64,000 nucleotides of DNA from Dipteris shenzhenensis (lineage: Eukaryota): the NCBI GenBank assembly GCA_047967505.1, contig CM106538.1, one strand, 5' to 3'. This document shows positions 25,701 to 38,700 of this stretch, piece after piece. Each line of letters begins with the position of its first letter. The first letter of the stretch is position 1. A program made the translations under genes and the position numbers. Under the pieces are notes generated by a model. It made no database searches, was not told the DNA's origin, and worked only from the letters and a program-made list of their open reading frames with translations.

Positions 25701-28700
25701 TTCCCTGCAACAATTGTGCTGCTGCCCAGTGCCAGGCCCTCTTGCAGGCCCTTTAACCTGCTCATAGCCCTTCTCATCCCAGGCGCTTATGGCCCGGGAT
25801 TCTCTGTGCACCTGCTGCACCAGATCTGCCCTCTTGCAGGCCCCCTCCATCCCTTGGATGCCCCGCCATCTGCACTGTAATTGGCGCCATCTGTTGCGGC
25901 CTTCTTCTCTTGTGAGGTGCTGCCCATGTGGCAGCCCCCCCTCTCTCTCTTCTCTGGGCATCTTCTGCCCTAGGTCTCCCTCCCCCACACTCTCCTCATA
26001 TGGGGGCTTACAGATGGGGAGGTGACCTTTCCAACAAGAAAGCCAACACGATTCTGAAAAGAAGTGGATGCAATATCTTGTTCATCAGCGCCTGGAAGGT
26101 GGCCCGTGCATTCGTCAATCCAAAAGGCATCACCTTGAATTCATACAAGTCCGCCGTCTTGTGCTCATCTCCTTCTTTCACCCTGATTTGTGGTAGCCAG
26201 ATCTCAAATCTATCTTTGTGAAAAATAGAGCACCGTTGAGTTCATTGAACAGGTCATCAATCCTAGGGATTGGAGCCGCTTGATACAATAGGAAATCTGG
26301 GGAATGGTGCTGCTGCAGATTTCTTGTCTCGTTTAAGTTTTTTTTCAGAATCATACGCAGTCCCATGAGAGCTGCCCATTGCATCCTTATATCTGTTGGC
26401 ATACTTAGGCTCAAAGAGCTCTGCGAGCTGGGCAGCTTGCTCAATGGTCTGACGGTTATGTGCCCTCACATCTACAGCCAAAGGATGGCGCAGTTCGTGT
26501 ATAAAACACAGCAACTTGCCATTTTCAGATATGTCCTGCACAAACAAAGAAAGCCTCCAAAAACGCTGCAAATACTCCCGAACCGTTCCAGTATGTGATA
26601 ATGCATAGAACTCGGCTTAGTACTGCTCTAATATGAGCGAGGATACAAAAGTGGTGACCATGAGTTCTTTGAATCCTATCTAGGTGGTTGGCTTCTGCCA
26701 CCGCATGTGAGCATAATCATGCATATGCATGCTAGCAAAAATGATGCGATCCTCATCAGACTTGGGATAGAAGCGGAGATAATCTTCTAGCTTCATGATC
26801 CACTCTTCCAACTCATTTGGAGTGCGCATGTCACCCTTGAATTTGTGCACAGCGAGCTTATCCTTGACATCTTTTGCTGCATTGTTTCTACTTTGGCTAC
26901 TCCCAAATGCACGAGCCTCATCACGCTTAAGGTTCATGTAATGATGAAATGGCCTCTCCTCTTGGATGGACACAGGTAAAGCACTATAAGAGCACAATGC
27001 CTTGGGCAACATATCATCAGTCTCGGGCTGCTGTTCATAGTCAACACTCTGATGAGATGAGCCAAAACTCTGACGCATGGGCTGTGTATGGCTATAAGTA
27101 TTCATCGGTGGTGGAATGGGAGCATGAATCCTTGGCAGTGTATACCCGCCCAATGGATCTTGCTGTTGCAAGGACTGCATACCAAAAGGTTGAGAGGAGT
27201 ATTGACACCTCTCCCACTGTTGTGGATTTCCAAGTGAACCCAATGTTGGAATGGTCACCTCCCCATCTGTAAGCCCCCATATGAGGAGAGCATGGGGGGG
27301 GTGAACCTCGGGTTTGAGAGACTGACACATGAGCATCAGCATGGCTGCCATGTGGGCAAAAGAAAAGAGAGAGGGAGGGGGCTGCCACATGGGCAGCACC
27401 TCACAGCCAAGAGAGGAGATGGCTGCCACATGGACATCAGCAAGGCTGTCATGTGGGCAACACTGCTCAAGACATACCTGGACATGGTGCCACATGGCGG
27501 ATGACATCAGCAAGGGTACAGCCACTGTACGGATCAGTATGGGCTGCTGCAGGGCATTATAAAGAAGGTGTGCAGAGTGCGCCAGGATCCGGACAAGGGC
27601 TGAACAGAGGCGGAACAGTAGCAGCATGGAGTCGCACTGTTGCAGCAGGTATTGGGCAGGTCTATGGCTTGTAAACAGGGCTGGCAGGTGGCGGGGTAAG
27701 CAGTCTAAGGGGCTGGGCCCTGCATGGAACAAAGGGCCAGCAAAGGGCTGGATAGGCAGCCAACCAGCCAACCAACTGGTTGGTTGGTTAGGGCTGCTAC
27801 AGACCAGCCAGTCGGCCCAATTAGGGCTGGCTGGTCAGTTGGTTCTGGAGGGCCTTGTGCCCTATATAAGGAGGGCCTTTGTGCCCTCATATCTCATCAT
27901 TTGGAGCAGACAGGAGCAGCCGGCTTCATAGGGTTCCCTGCTATCAATTTTACTGCTTCAGATGGTCGTCCGTACCACAGCCTGGAGCCGTACCTTCGTA
28001 CTTCCCTTCGTCAACACCTTTCTGTACCCCCCACCCATACCTAGTCCTCTCGTACGTACCTCTCCCCCCGTCCGTACAGCCCATACCATACAGTCCATTA
28101 GTAGCAGCCCGTACCTCTCCGACCATACCTCTCCCTCCGTACCCATTAGAAGCAGCCAAACTAACCCTAACCCCGAGTTGGGCTAAACCCCCAACCCAAC
28201 CCGGGGGTTAGGTTAAGCTAGGGGGTTCAACAGACAGCCAATTATGGACTGGCCTACCCTCTCCTCCAAGTTCCCCTCAACTCCTTCAACATCCATTAGG
28301 ACTCGATACTCTACAGTTGCAGCCATGGCACCCTCTCCATATGCACGGAATTACCAGCAAGAAGGCTTAAAACGACCCATCCTCAGGCAACAGGATCAGA
28401 TGTTTTATCTGTAGCAGGGAGTTAGAGAGCTACGATTGGAACTGGCAGAAGTAAAGACCCGACTTCACATTCTGGAAGGGCCTGGTAAGCAGGCAGTAAT
28501 TGATGAGGCTGTAAAATCTTGTAAGGATTCCCCCCCTACCCTGCAGCCAGTCTCTACAGTCAAAGATCTTGTTCACATTGAAGTACATACTGCTAAGAAG
28601 GAAGTGATTGTGGAAGTGGACAAGAAAGCAAGTAAGTCTGATATTCAAACAGAGATTAAAGAACACGAAGCTAGATGTGATAATGCGCTGAAGATTAGAA

Positions 28701-31700
28701 TAGGGGGACTCCCAGAAGATTGGTACAAAGAGGAAGACACATAGTGAAATATTGACAAAGATCAAAGCAAGCTTGCCCAACATTGAATGGGTGGATGATG
28801 ATGAGCAGGATGATTACGACTCCAGGCCAGCTTCTATTTCGCACTATAAAGGTCATGCAATCCTTACACTGAACTCAAAAGACATGCGGATCAAGCTTCT
28901 TCGACAATCTTACAAGTTGAAGGGCACCAAAGTATGGATTGCAGAGTAGCTTACACAAACTCAACTCAAGATTAAGGCGACTGACTTAGCTAAAGTCACG
29001 GATGCCAGAAAGGATGGAAAATGGCAGTTTACCGTGAAGGCGTAGCTAAATAATATGGGTTTCTTTTTGCACTCCTTGGGAGCTGCCATGTGCGCTCCCT
29101 AAAGCAGATGTACTAGAGGGTTTCTTGCTGTCCCATAGACCTTTTGGTCTCCAATGGACATTAATAGACTTTCTTTCTTCCTCAATCCAAGCATCACAAT
29201 TGAGGATTTGCAAGCACAGTAATGTAGGTGCTAGTGCGGCTATGGAAGGATGTCATGGCATGGGGCCATCTATATAATAAAACCATTGGAATTTTAATAC
29301 CAAAGGAGGTTTCAAGTTTGCCTTTAAGGGTTCATTTGAGTGGAAGGGTCATTCTGTGAGTCTTCTTTGAAAGTTTCATGGGGTCTGGATGAAAGTGAAG
29401 ATTGAAAGGATGGTCTATATTTGTGTCTTGTTGAACAGTATAGTGATTTGCTTTCTTCTCAAACTGTTTTCCAGTCAAGATTTTACTGTGGCTTTGTATG
29501 AAACTTGCAGCAAGGCAACCGTTCTAGCTCTTCAGCTTGTGGCAGTGCAGATGTTTTGGAGGCTCTTGGAGTAGCAGTTGATTTGGGACCTGAGGTGAAT
29601 CCTTGCATTGTGTTTCTCGTCCATTTGTTGTTATAAAAGGCAGCTCCAGAGTCTTTAAACGCTCCAAAAAAGCCAGAGTGCAGCCTAAGATTTTGAGTGG
29701 CTTTTCAAATTCCAGATCCTCTGTTCCCAATTGTCTTTTATTTTCTATGTCTTGAGACCCTCCCAGGACCCCATACTTGCATTTTGTATTCTTCCAATAT
29801 GTTCTCTCTTTAATATGAGTAATTAGTTTGTGTGGCATACATCAACATTTGCTCATGCTAATAAAGTGTGCTTTGATGTAGGGAGTAGCTAGATGTGTGA
29901 GGGAGGTAGGTGTTGGTTTTATGATGGCAACCAAGTTCCATCCTGCCATGAGAGTGGTTGCCCCAGTAAGACGGTCACTGAAAGTTAAGACTGTATTTAA
30001 TATCTTGGGTCCCATGCTCAATCCTGCTCGTGTGCCATTCGCCGTTGTCGGTGTCTACAATGCCAACCTTGTGAGTTCTCTCATAAATTCTGCATTTAAG
30101 TACTTCATTTATGTCATGATCGGTATGATGGACTCTGAAGAGCTAGAAGGATTACTGACTCAAAAAAATTTCTGCAAAGGTTTTAAAAATGGCAAAGGCT
30201 CTTCAACTGTTTGGAATTAAAAGGGCTCTTGTTGTGCACTCCGAAGGATTGGATGAGATGAGTCCACTCGGTAGGATTTTGTGCTTATCTAAACTACCTT
30301 CTGCATATTCATGAAGCAGTGTGTATCAAAACGAATTGTTATAAATTTAGCATTAATGTGGATTTTGTCCTTATCTAAACTATCTTCTGCATGTACATAA
30401 AAAGTGATCTAAAAGAGGAAACTATTGTATGGGATACTGTGAAAGTCAAATTTTGATATAGCCTGCAAGCTTGGATGGCACAATCCAAAAGTAGCTAGTA
30501 TGGAAACTGGGATAACGATATCTTCCACATAATGCACACATTCTGTTTGGAAATGGTCCTGGTCCCTGGATTCATCTAGATATATGCTTGCTGTATTAGC
30601 AGACGTACAAAATTTACCTTCTGAAGTTTTCCAAGTTACAGTCTGCGGACATTGTGGTAACTCATGTTAATTGTAAGCGATCATCACCAGTTGACTCTCT
30701 CCAAGCCTTTTGGAAGCGATCAAAATGTAGTACTGTCTTTCATAGACAGTTGTAGCTTGGATGAGAGATGTAGAGTAGTTTTTTATCAGCCTTCTTTTTG
30801 GTAGAGAACTTTCTATATGTTCCTAGATTCATCTAGAAATGTATTGTGTTTTTCTCTACATTGATGAGGAATGCGAGAACTAGTAGTCTATGTTTATTTT
30901 GTCATTTATCATTGGTAGCATGTCCTAAGAAAGAGGCTTGAAAGCGTTCATAACTTGTTGGCACTATTTATGTAGGTCCTGGCTTTATTTTGGAGGTTAC
31001 TCCTGACAAAATTACTGAACTCAAGATAGATCCATGTAAGGTCTCTCGTTTTTCCTTTTGTTAGTTGGAATATACTCTTCCTTCTCAAGCGTCTGTTTCA
31101 ATGTCATGTTTTCTGCTTTTGTGTAAGTTTTTATGGGTACTTTCTTGCAAGTAATGGTTGTTTAAGGATGGATGCATACTGCCAAGTTGGTAGTTCTTCC
31201 CTACTCATATTTTTCATGAATCTGAAATTTGGAGTTGTGCAGTCTCTTGCTGATGGGACTTTATGAATGATTGCAATCTGTTTCTAACTCTGGCAACTCG
31301 TTTGCTAGTGGATTACCAAATCCCACGATGCAAATTAGAAGATTTGCAAGGTGGTGATCCACCTCTCAACGCAAAAATTCTTCGTGATGTTCTTGGAGGA
31401 AAGGAGGGGCCGATTGCAGATGCTCTGGTAAATTTCAGTTTCCTTAGTCTTTAGAGGCATGACCTAGGTCATCCATTACACGCTACCTTTATACACACAT
31501 AAAAGCACCTAGGCATACAATGAGATGCAATTCAGCAACATATGATGCATATATTAGCATGGATGTTTGTTTTCGAGTGCCAAGAGTTCAAATTGCAATG
31601 CAGTACGCATAGTTGATTCGTGTATGTGTAGTTGTTTTTAGCATTTGAAGGATTTGATAGGCCCTTGTGAACATCCAAGAAATAACCACTGCCCCCCCCC

Positions 31701-32603
31701 CGTTCCTCTTTCCCCGGGTGTTTTTCTTTTTCTTTTGGTGCTCATACAAGATACAAAATTTAATTTATGTAAAACATATTTGAAATGTGAAATTCAGAAT
31801 TTGAAATGTAGTTATCCTTGAAAACATTAGTCTTTATTACATATGCTGCAGAAATGATGAAGCTCATAAAGATCCAACTGAAATTTGAAACTTCAAAACA
31901 ATCAAACCTAATCCGAATATCATGTCATTCAATGATCGAGCATCAACCTTGGTGTTGCAGAGTAGGCTCATTCCTGATTAACGCATATAAAATCTTAGTC
32001 CACATTGTCTTTGTGCAAGCTGGAACCTCTTGTGAAGCTAAGTATCTTATTTCCGTCTCACCAAGTCAACAATCATGAACAAAAGACCTAGAAAAGGTAG
32101 CTGATAAGGAATGCATTGGTCGAAAGCAAGCCACAACATGAGGGACTAGTATGCAAGAGTCTCTTGAGTGCTAAACTTGCTTTGTAAATGCCAACATATG
32201 TGGTATTGGAATGTTTGGTTTAAAATGAAATGTGCTAGTTTAGGTGAGGAAGGGGGCCTTAAATTAGTCTCTAAGATAGGGTAAAGTTGTAAAATACTTG
32301 AGCGTTGGCATTTGATAAGAATTTATAGAAGATCATATTTGACATGACAAGTGAGCTTGCACAAGTATATGCTGCAAAGTACTAATGCCTTTTCTAAGCG
32401 TGGATTGTAGATCTTAAACTCTGCAGCAGGGCTGATGGCCTCTGGCATGGTGAGAGATTTAGCACAAGGGATACATCAAGCGAGAGAGACTCACCGATCA
32501 GGGAAAGGTTTGAAGGTTCTTGATGCATGGATCCAACTTTCACAGGTAATTTTTGTCTCACAAAAACCTTTTTTCTTGTTCGCATGCATCCGTGCGTGCG
32601 CGC

Positions 32604-32651
<48 letters not shown>

Positions 32652-32741
32652 CCTCGCAGGCCTATGGGACAAAGTACATCAAACAAAAATAACTTATACA
32701 AGCCTCGAGGGGCTGAAGCAAAGGGTGCTATGGTAAGCTAA

Positions 32742-32777
<36 letters not shown>

Positions 32778-35700
32778 AAGAAAGAAAGAAATTTTATAAA
32801 AGTCTTCGGGAGACCGTGAAGGTCTATGAGACCAAAGATAACTAGTACAATGAGCATAACGATGGCGGTCTCAAAACGGTGACCTCGCACACAGAGAGAG
32901 AGAGAGGGGGGGGGGGTGTATTAACGTCTTCAGAAGACCTCGCAGGTCTATGAGACAAGATGCAAGATATATGTAACCCATACAAGCCATTGTGGGCGCT
33001 GACTAAGGCCCTTGCTGAGTACTAAGTGCTAAAATGCTAAATTGCAAATGTGCGAAAAGCTAGTACAAATTATAGTAGGAAAAAACAGGAGTAGTCAACT
33101 GCTAAGAACCAAAGCTCCAAGTACATGTGGAGGCATATAACCCGGCTCCCTGGTGGTCCTCTGATGTGATGCAAAGAGCTCATGTATATGTGTTTGTTGG
33201 GTTGTGTCCTGCGGTGGCGGGGGCGCGCTCTCTTGGATATCTGTATCCGATGGGCTACATCGAGAGTAATGCCTCGTGTCTGGCGGTCTCCTTTGAGGAG
33301 GGTGAGATAGGTCGAACCTCAATCGTGCGTACTTTGGTCGTCCCACGTGTCGTGTGTGGTCTCCGTGTCTCTCGTCGAGCCACATCGTGGTGACAGGCCT
33401 CACTGCTGATCCATAGTGCTCTCATCTCCTCGAGCTCCTCCCCCACAATCTCATCTAGTGCTGACTCAGACGCATAAAAATCGGTGACGCGTGTTTGTGC
33501 TCGGTCTAGCTTGGTGTCCTGAGGCATCGATTGTAGCTGATCTCTGGCCTGCCGCACAAGGGAATCTCTGTGTCTCCGCATCGCAATCAGATAGAGCCCA
33601 ATGCAAACCTGGTTGGGGAAATGTATCAGTCGAGTGAGTGGTCCGAAACCGAGCCCCTCCTGAAAGAGACAATGGTATCGCCCTCGGATCTCATAGTAGG
33701 CCCAACAAACACATAGAAAATGCTCCTCTGTCTCGACTTCCCCCATCGTGCATAGTCTGCAAACCTGTTGCTCTCTAGGTATGCCAGCCGCTCTCCCAGC
33801 CTCAATCCGCAGTTGGTGGGATGAGACTCGTATTTGTCTGATAGCAATCTGCAAGGCGTGTGAGACTCTCCTATCCTCGATGTACTGGGGCCTGATGATG
33901 AGACCATGGTCCGATATCCTCAGAAAGTGGTCATGAAAGAACTTGGTCTTAGTGGGAAACTCCTGACCCCCCCCCCCCCCCAAGCCCGAGAAGTGTGAAG
34001 CTAGAGAAGGTCTAACGGTATGATACGGTTAATCTCATTATGTGGAAGGAGCTCTTGTAGTGCATCCATGCTGTACCGAAAGGGGGGGAGCCTATCCATT
34101 TGGATACCGTGGCTATCAAACCAATTGGACACCCACGCATACCATGCTGTATCAAAGCCTCTCTCTGCCACGTGTCAGGATGACTCCAATGCCAGTCTCG
34201 GTAATCTCCATTGAGGTAGGGCCCAAACTTTGTGGAGAAACGTCACGGTTTGGAAGAGGGCGTCCACCTGGAAAGGTGTCATGGTGAACTCTGCCTGCAT
34301 GATCTGATGGGGGACTGAAGGCTCACTCCGATCATCCTAGACCCCATGATCACCTGTAGCCTCTCAAATCCCTTCTAGTCAATAGCTGAAAGGTCATTCC
34401 CCCAAAAAGGTGCTACAAACATGGCAATTGGTCTCACGAGAGTGTAAAAAAACCAGCTCTTCATCGGTGGATCCTGGAAATGGGCCTGGAAACACTATCT
34501 CTCTAATCGGGCCAGGGCTCCCTTTCCTTGTGTGAGTCGTGCTCTGGCGGCATGGGTCATAGTGAAGCCTGGTCCCATGAATACTGCCCCTAGGTACGTG
34601 TAGGACTGCACTATCTCCAGTGGCTCTCCACGGTAAGTGAAACTATGTCGACGTCGATGTTGATGAAGCATTGCTTGGAAAGAGTTGAAGATCATAAGCT
34701 TGGTTTTTCCAAGGTTGACTATCAGGTCCCTCTCTCTATAGAACATCTCCAAGGCCTCCAAGTGTTTCTACAAACCCTCTGCTGAGGACGAAATGAGGAC
34801 TATGTCATCTGCATAAAGTAGTATCTGTACCATCAAATCAGCCAATAGGGAGCCCTCTCCTCCTAAGCGATCAATAAACGATGTGATCTCATCACTGTAT
34901 AGTTTGAAGAGAGTCAGTGAAAGGGGGTATCCTTGCTTCACCCCTATGGTGCTCTCAACCCAATCTAAAACCCCCCCAAGAGTGCGGGCTCACCCTTTGA
35001 CGGACTCGTATAGACTCATCACTTCCTAGATCATGACCTCTGGGAGATGCAACTCCTATAGTCGCCTGATCAGGCGAGAGCGAGGGACAGTGTCGAAAGC
35101 CTTCCGAAAGTCCACGAAACAAGTGTAGACCTTCTGGTGTCTCGACTTAGCCTCCTCGATGATGGTTCTCAGGGTAAAAATATGGTCCAGTGTGGAATGC
35201 TGCCTCCGGAAGCCTGCCTGCTGCCCAAGAGCCCGTTGTCCATGGTCCTCTGTATAACTGTTGATCGCCCTCTCCAATATCGATCCATAAATCTTAGCCA
35301 AAGTGTGGCCATAAGAGTGCGGTAGTTCCCAGTATCCATGGGGTCCCCTGCCTTATGTATTGGTACAATGGTGGTAGTGCTCCAAGTAGGTGGGAATCCG
35401 TGACATACTGCATGGTTGAACAACTGTGCTAGAACCGGGGCCAAGACCTCTTGTCCATGTGCAAAGTGCTCTGTGCGTAGCCCCTCATGGTCTGGTGCTC
35501 TCCGGTTGTGCAGACGAAGGAGGGCATTCCTTATGTTCTGCGCAGTGAACAAGTGACAAGTAGTGGGTTTGGGCATAGAGGACAAATTTGGTGGCATTTG
35601 ACCTGGGATATCGTATAAGGAGCATGTATATCTGTGCCAAATCTCTGGGTCTGTGATGGGAATGGGCCGTTTCCCCTCTGATAGGACTCCCAAGCCGATA

Positions 35701-38700
35701 GTTGGGTCTCCCTCTCGAAAGGATGCGACCACCTCATCAATCTTGCGAGTGAGAAAATTCCGCTTCTTACGTCGTGTCGTCCAACGTGAGATGATGAGGT
35801 CATGTGTCCCAGGGACTGCTCGCGTGTGAGGTGAGCTCGCATCTCCTTGCACTTATCATCATACCAGGGGTTCCGAGGCATCTTCCGAGGCTGGGCATGT
35901 GTGGGTTGTGTATCATTGAAACCAAAGTGGCTGAAACTTGAGCAAGGTCTACCTCTGCTCCGTGTAGGGTCAGAAGCTCTCGAGCTAAGTGACTCGCGTA
36001 GACTAGATCGAGAGTCCGGTCAAAGTGAACATGGGTCTGAGTAGGCACACGGAGGACTCTCTCTGTGACTGGCCTGGTGGTGGAAATACAGAATGTCAGG
36101 TATGAGTGATCTGCACCGAGTGGGGGAGGGGGTACTGCAAAGTCGTGATTCTGAGATGCGAAGGCAAGGGAGCCCATCAGGTAGTCCACTGTACTTAATG
36201 TAAAGCACTCTTATCTAATTTCTACTGCAGATCACGGGAGCACCATGAATAACCTCCCAGCCAAATCTTGTTGAGGCTGACGAGCATACAGAGATATTCC
36301 GTTCGAAATCATACGTGAATAATTTCCTTCTCTTCTCTCTCTAGCCTCAACAAGCCCCAATTCCCTAGATAGATCTAGATGCCACATGTCATCCATATAG
36401 GGCCTTCCTAATGCAACATTTCACCCCTCTCTTGGGATGCATTAAATTCTTTGCCCCTAGGCACAACCTTTGCATTAGGCCCTTGGCCTTAGATCTACCT
36501 AGTCTAGTGCTATCAACCCTCAGCTAGGACCTTGACATTAATTCCCTCCCGATCATTTACATGAAGCGCAAACAAATATATTACAAAGATATATCCTTTA
36601 AGGGAAATGTCGACTGATTCTTCTGAGGTCATGCTACCTCGGCTAGAGCGTAACATTCCTTCCCTCTTCAGACATCAGCGTCCTCGATGATAAAGTCTGG
36701 GAACACTCTCCGCAAGTGATATACGGATTCCTAGGTAGCTTCGGATAGAGGCTGACCATGCCATGCAACCAACACCGTGGGTATCTTCCGATTTCGTATT
36801 TGCATTGTTCCTCGGTCCAGGATTCTTGTTGGTTTGCGCCTTGCAATATCCTCTATCTCCTGAAACAAAACCACACCTTCGATTAGTGAGTCACCTATAT
36901 GTAAAAATTTCTTTAAGCGCGAAACATGAAAAACCAGGTGCACCTTACACCCCTATGGCAATTCTAATTTATAGGCTACACTGCCTATTCTCTTTAGAAT
37001 TAACCACGGCCCACAGTATTGAGGTGATAACTTAGCACACTCTCCTGAAGTCAATGACTTCGAATGCGAAGGAATTCTGAGAAAAACTTTTTCTCCTTCC
37101 TTAAATACTCTTATAGACCGGTTTTCATCCGCATACACCTTGGCTCTATCCATAGCCTGGCGGATATTAGCTCTCGCAAGTGCTAGCATCTCCCGCATCT
37201 GAACCACAAAGTTCGCGGCACTAGGCACTTTCTGAGGTACTCCAACTATAGTTGGATTTGCTGGTCTATAACCATAGTTCAGCTCAAATGGACTGAACCC
37301 TGTAGAGGAATGTTTTCTATCATTGTAGGCAAACTCCAACAATGGCAACCACTTATCCCATGTATGTTGCCTCAATGACACATATGCCCTCAGCATATCC
37401 TCTAAAGTCTGGTTGACTCTCTCCGTTTGACCATCCGTCTCAGGATGATCCCCACTACTCATTCCCAACTCAGTTCTTAGTGTCTCAAATACCGCTGTCC
37501 AAAAATGACCGGTAAATCTAACATCTCTGTCTGACACTATGGATCTAGGCAATCCATGCAGACGAAATATATGTCTGATGAACAAATCCGCCACTTGCGG
37601 GGCACTAACAGACTCCCTAGTCAGAATGAAGTGAGCCATCTTGGTTAGACGATCAACCACCACAAGGATAGAATCATACCTTCCTTGCGTCGTTGGCAGC
37701 CCTACAATAAAGTCCATGGAAATGCTCTCCGACTTACTTAGTGGTATTTTCGAGGGCTGTAAAAGTCCGGGTGGCTTCACTCGCTCGGCCTTGCTTACCT
37801 AACACGAGAAACACCGTGTCACATATTCATGAATATGCTTTTTCATCTTTGGCCAAAAGAAATCTCGCTTCACGAGATCATATGTCTTCTCGACTCCTGG
37901 ATGTCCCGCACACGGGCTATCATGGCACTGTCGAATGACTCTCTGCCTGAGATCATTCTGACTAGGTACTACAACCTTGCCATTTCTTTTCAGCATACCA
38001 TCACTTATGGTATATCTTGCATAAGTTTGGCCTTTTCTGGATGCCAGGTCATCCTTTTCATTTTCCCCGGGTTTTAACACATGAGCTTTAGGCCATAAGC
38101 TCTGGACAAACTCGTCCACTTTTTGAGTTTCTCTAATCTCGGTCATTAGAGCACTCTCTAATACCGTAAAACTCAGGTTGTGCATAATGCGAGACAACGC
38201 ATCAGCCACCTTATTATCTTTTCCTCTTCGGTACCGAATCGTTAAATTAAACTCTTGCATGAGCTCTGCTCACCTAGCTTGGCGGCCCCTCAATTCAGGC
38301 TGTTTACAAAAATGTTTCAGAGTATCATGATCCACATCCACATAAAACTCTGAACCGTACAAATAATGCCTCCATGTTTTCAAAGCATGGATAACAGCAT
38401 ACAACTCCAATTCATGAGTTGGCCAATTCCTTTGAGAGGGAGAAAGCTTCTTGCTTTCAAAGGCTACTGGCCTTCCCTCTTGAAGGAGGACTGCTCCTAC
38501 CGCAATGCCACTTGCATGGGTTTCTAGGAACAGCGCTCTAGCCGAGGTAGCATGACCTCAGAAGAATCAGTCGACATTTCCCTTAAAGGATCTATCTTTG
38601 TAATATATTTGTTTGCGCTTCATGTAAATGTTCGGGAGGGAATTAATGTCAAGGTCCTAGGTGAGGGCTGATAGCACCAGACTAGGTAGATCTAAGGCCA

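Larger units (their letters stand above)
23490..28230 (-). mobile_element. Decayed Ty3/gypsy internal region (gag, RT, RNase H, integrase start), interrupted by two LTR insertions
   Basis: gag KFKGD...[12 protein letters not shown] (26680-27240). [46 protein letters not shown]...VEYLG. RNase H and integrase fragments at 23490-24700. The protease region is absent (gag abuts RT at ~26275). Outer limits approximate. Confidence 0.85.

Noticed and set aside
26680-27771. 363-aa minus-strand ORF as a novel gene
   Set aside because: Chance read-through from an antisense LTR (27244-27920) into a gypsy gag remnant.
28160-28226. CTAACCCTAACCC / GGGTTAGGTTA as interstitial telomere
   Set aside because: Two degenerate units only, inside a retroelement leader region.
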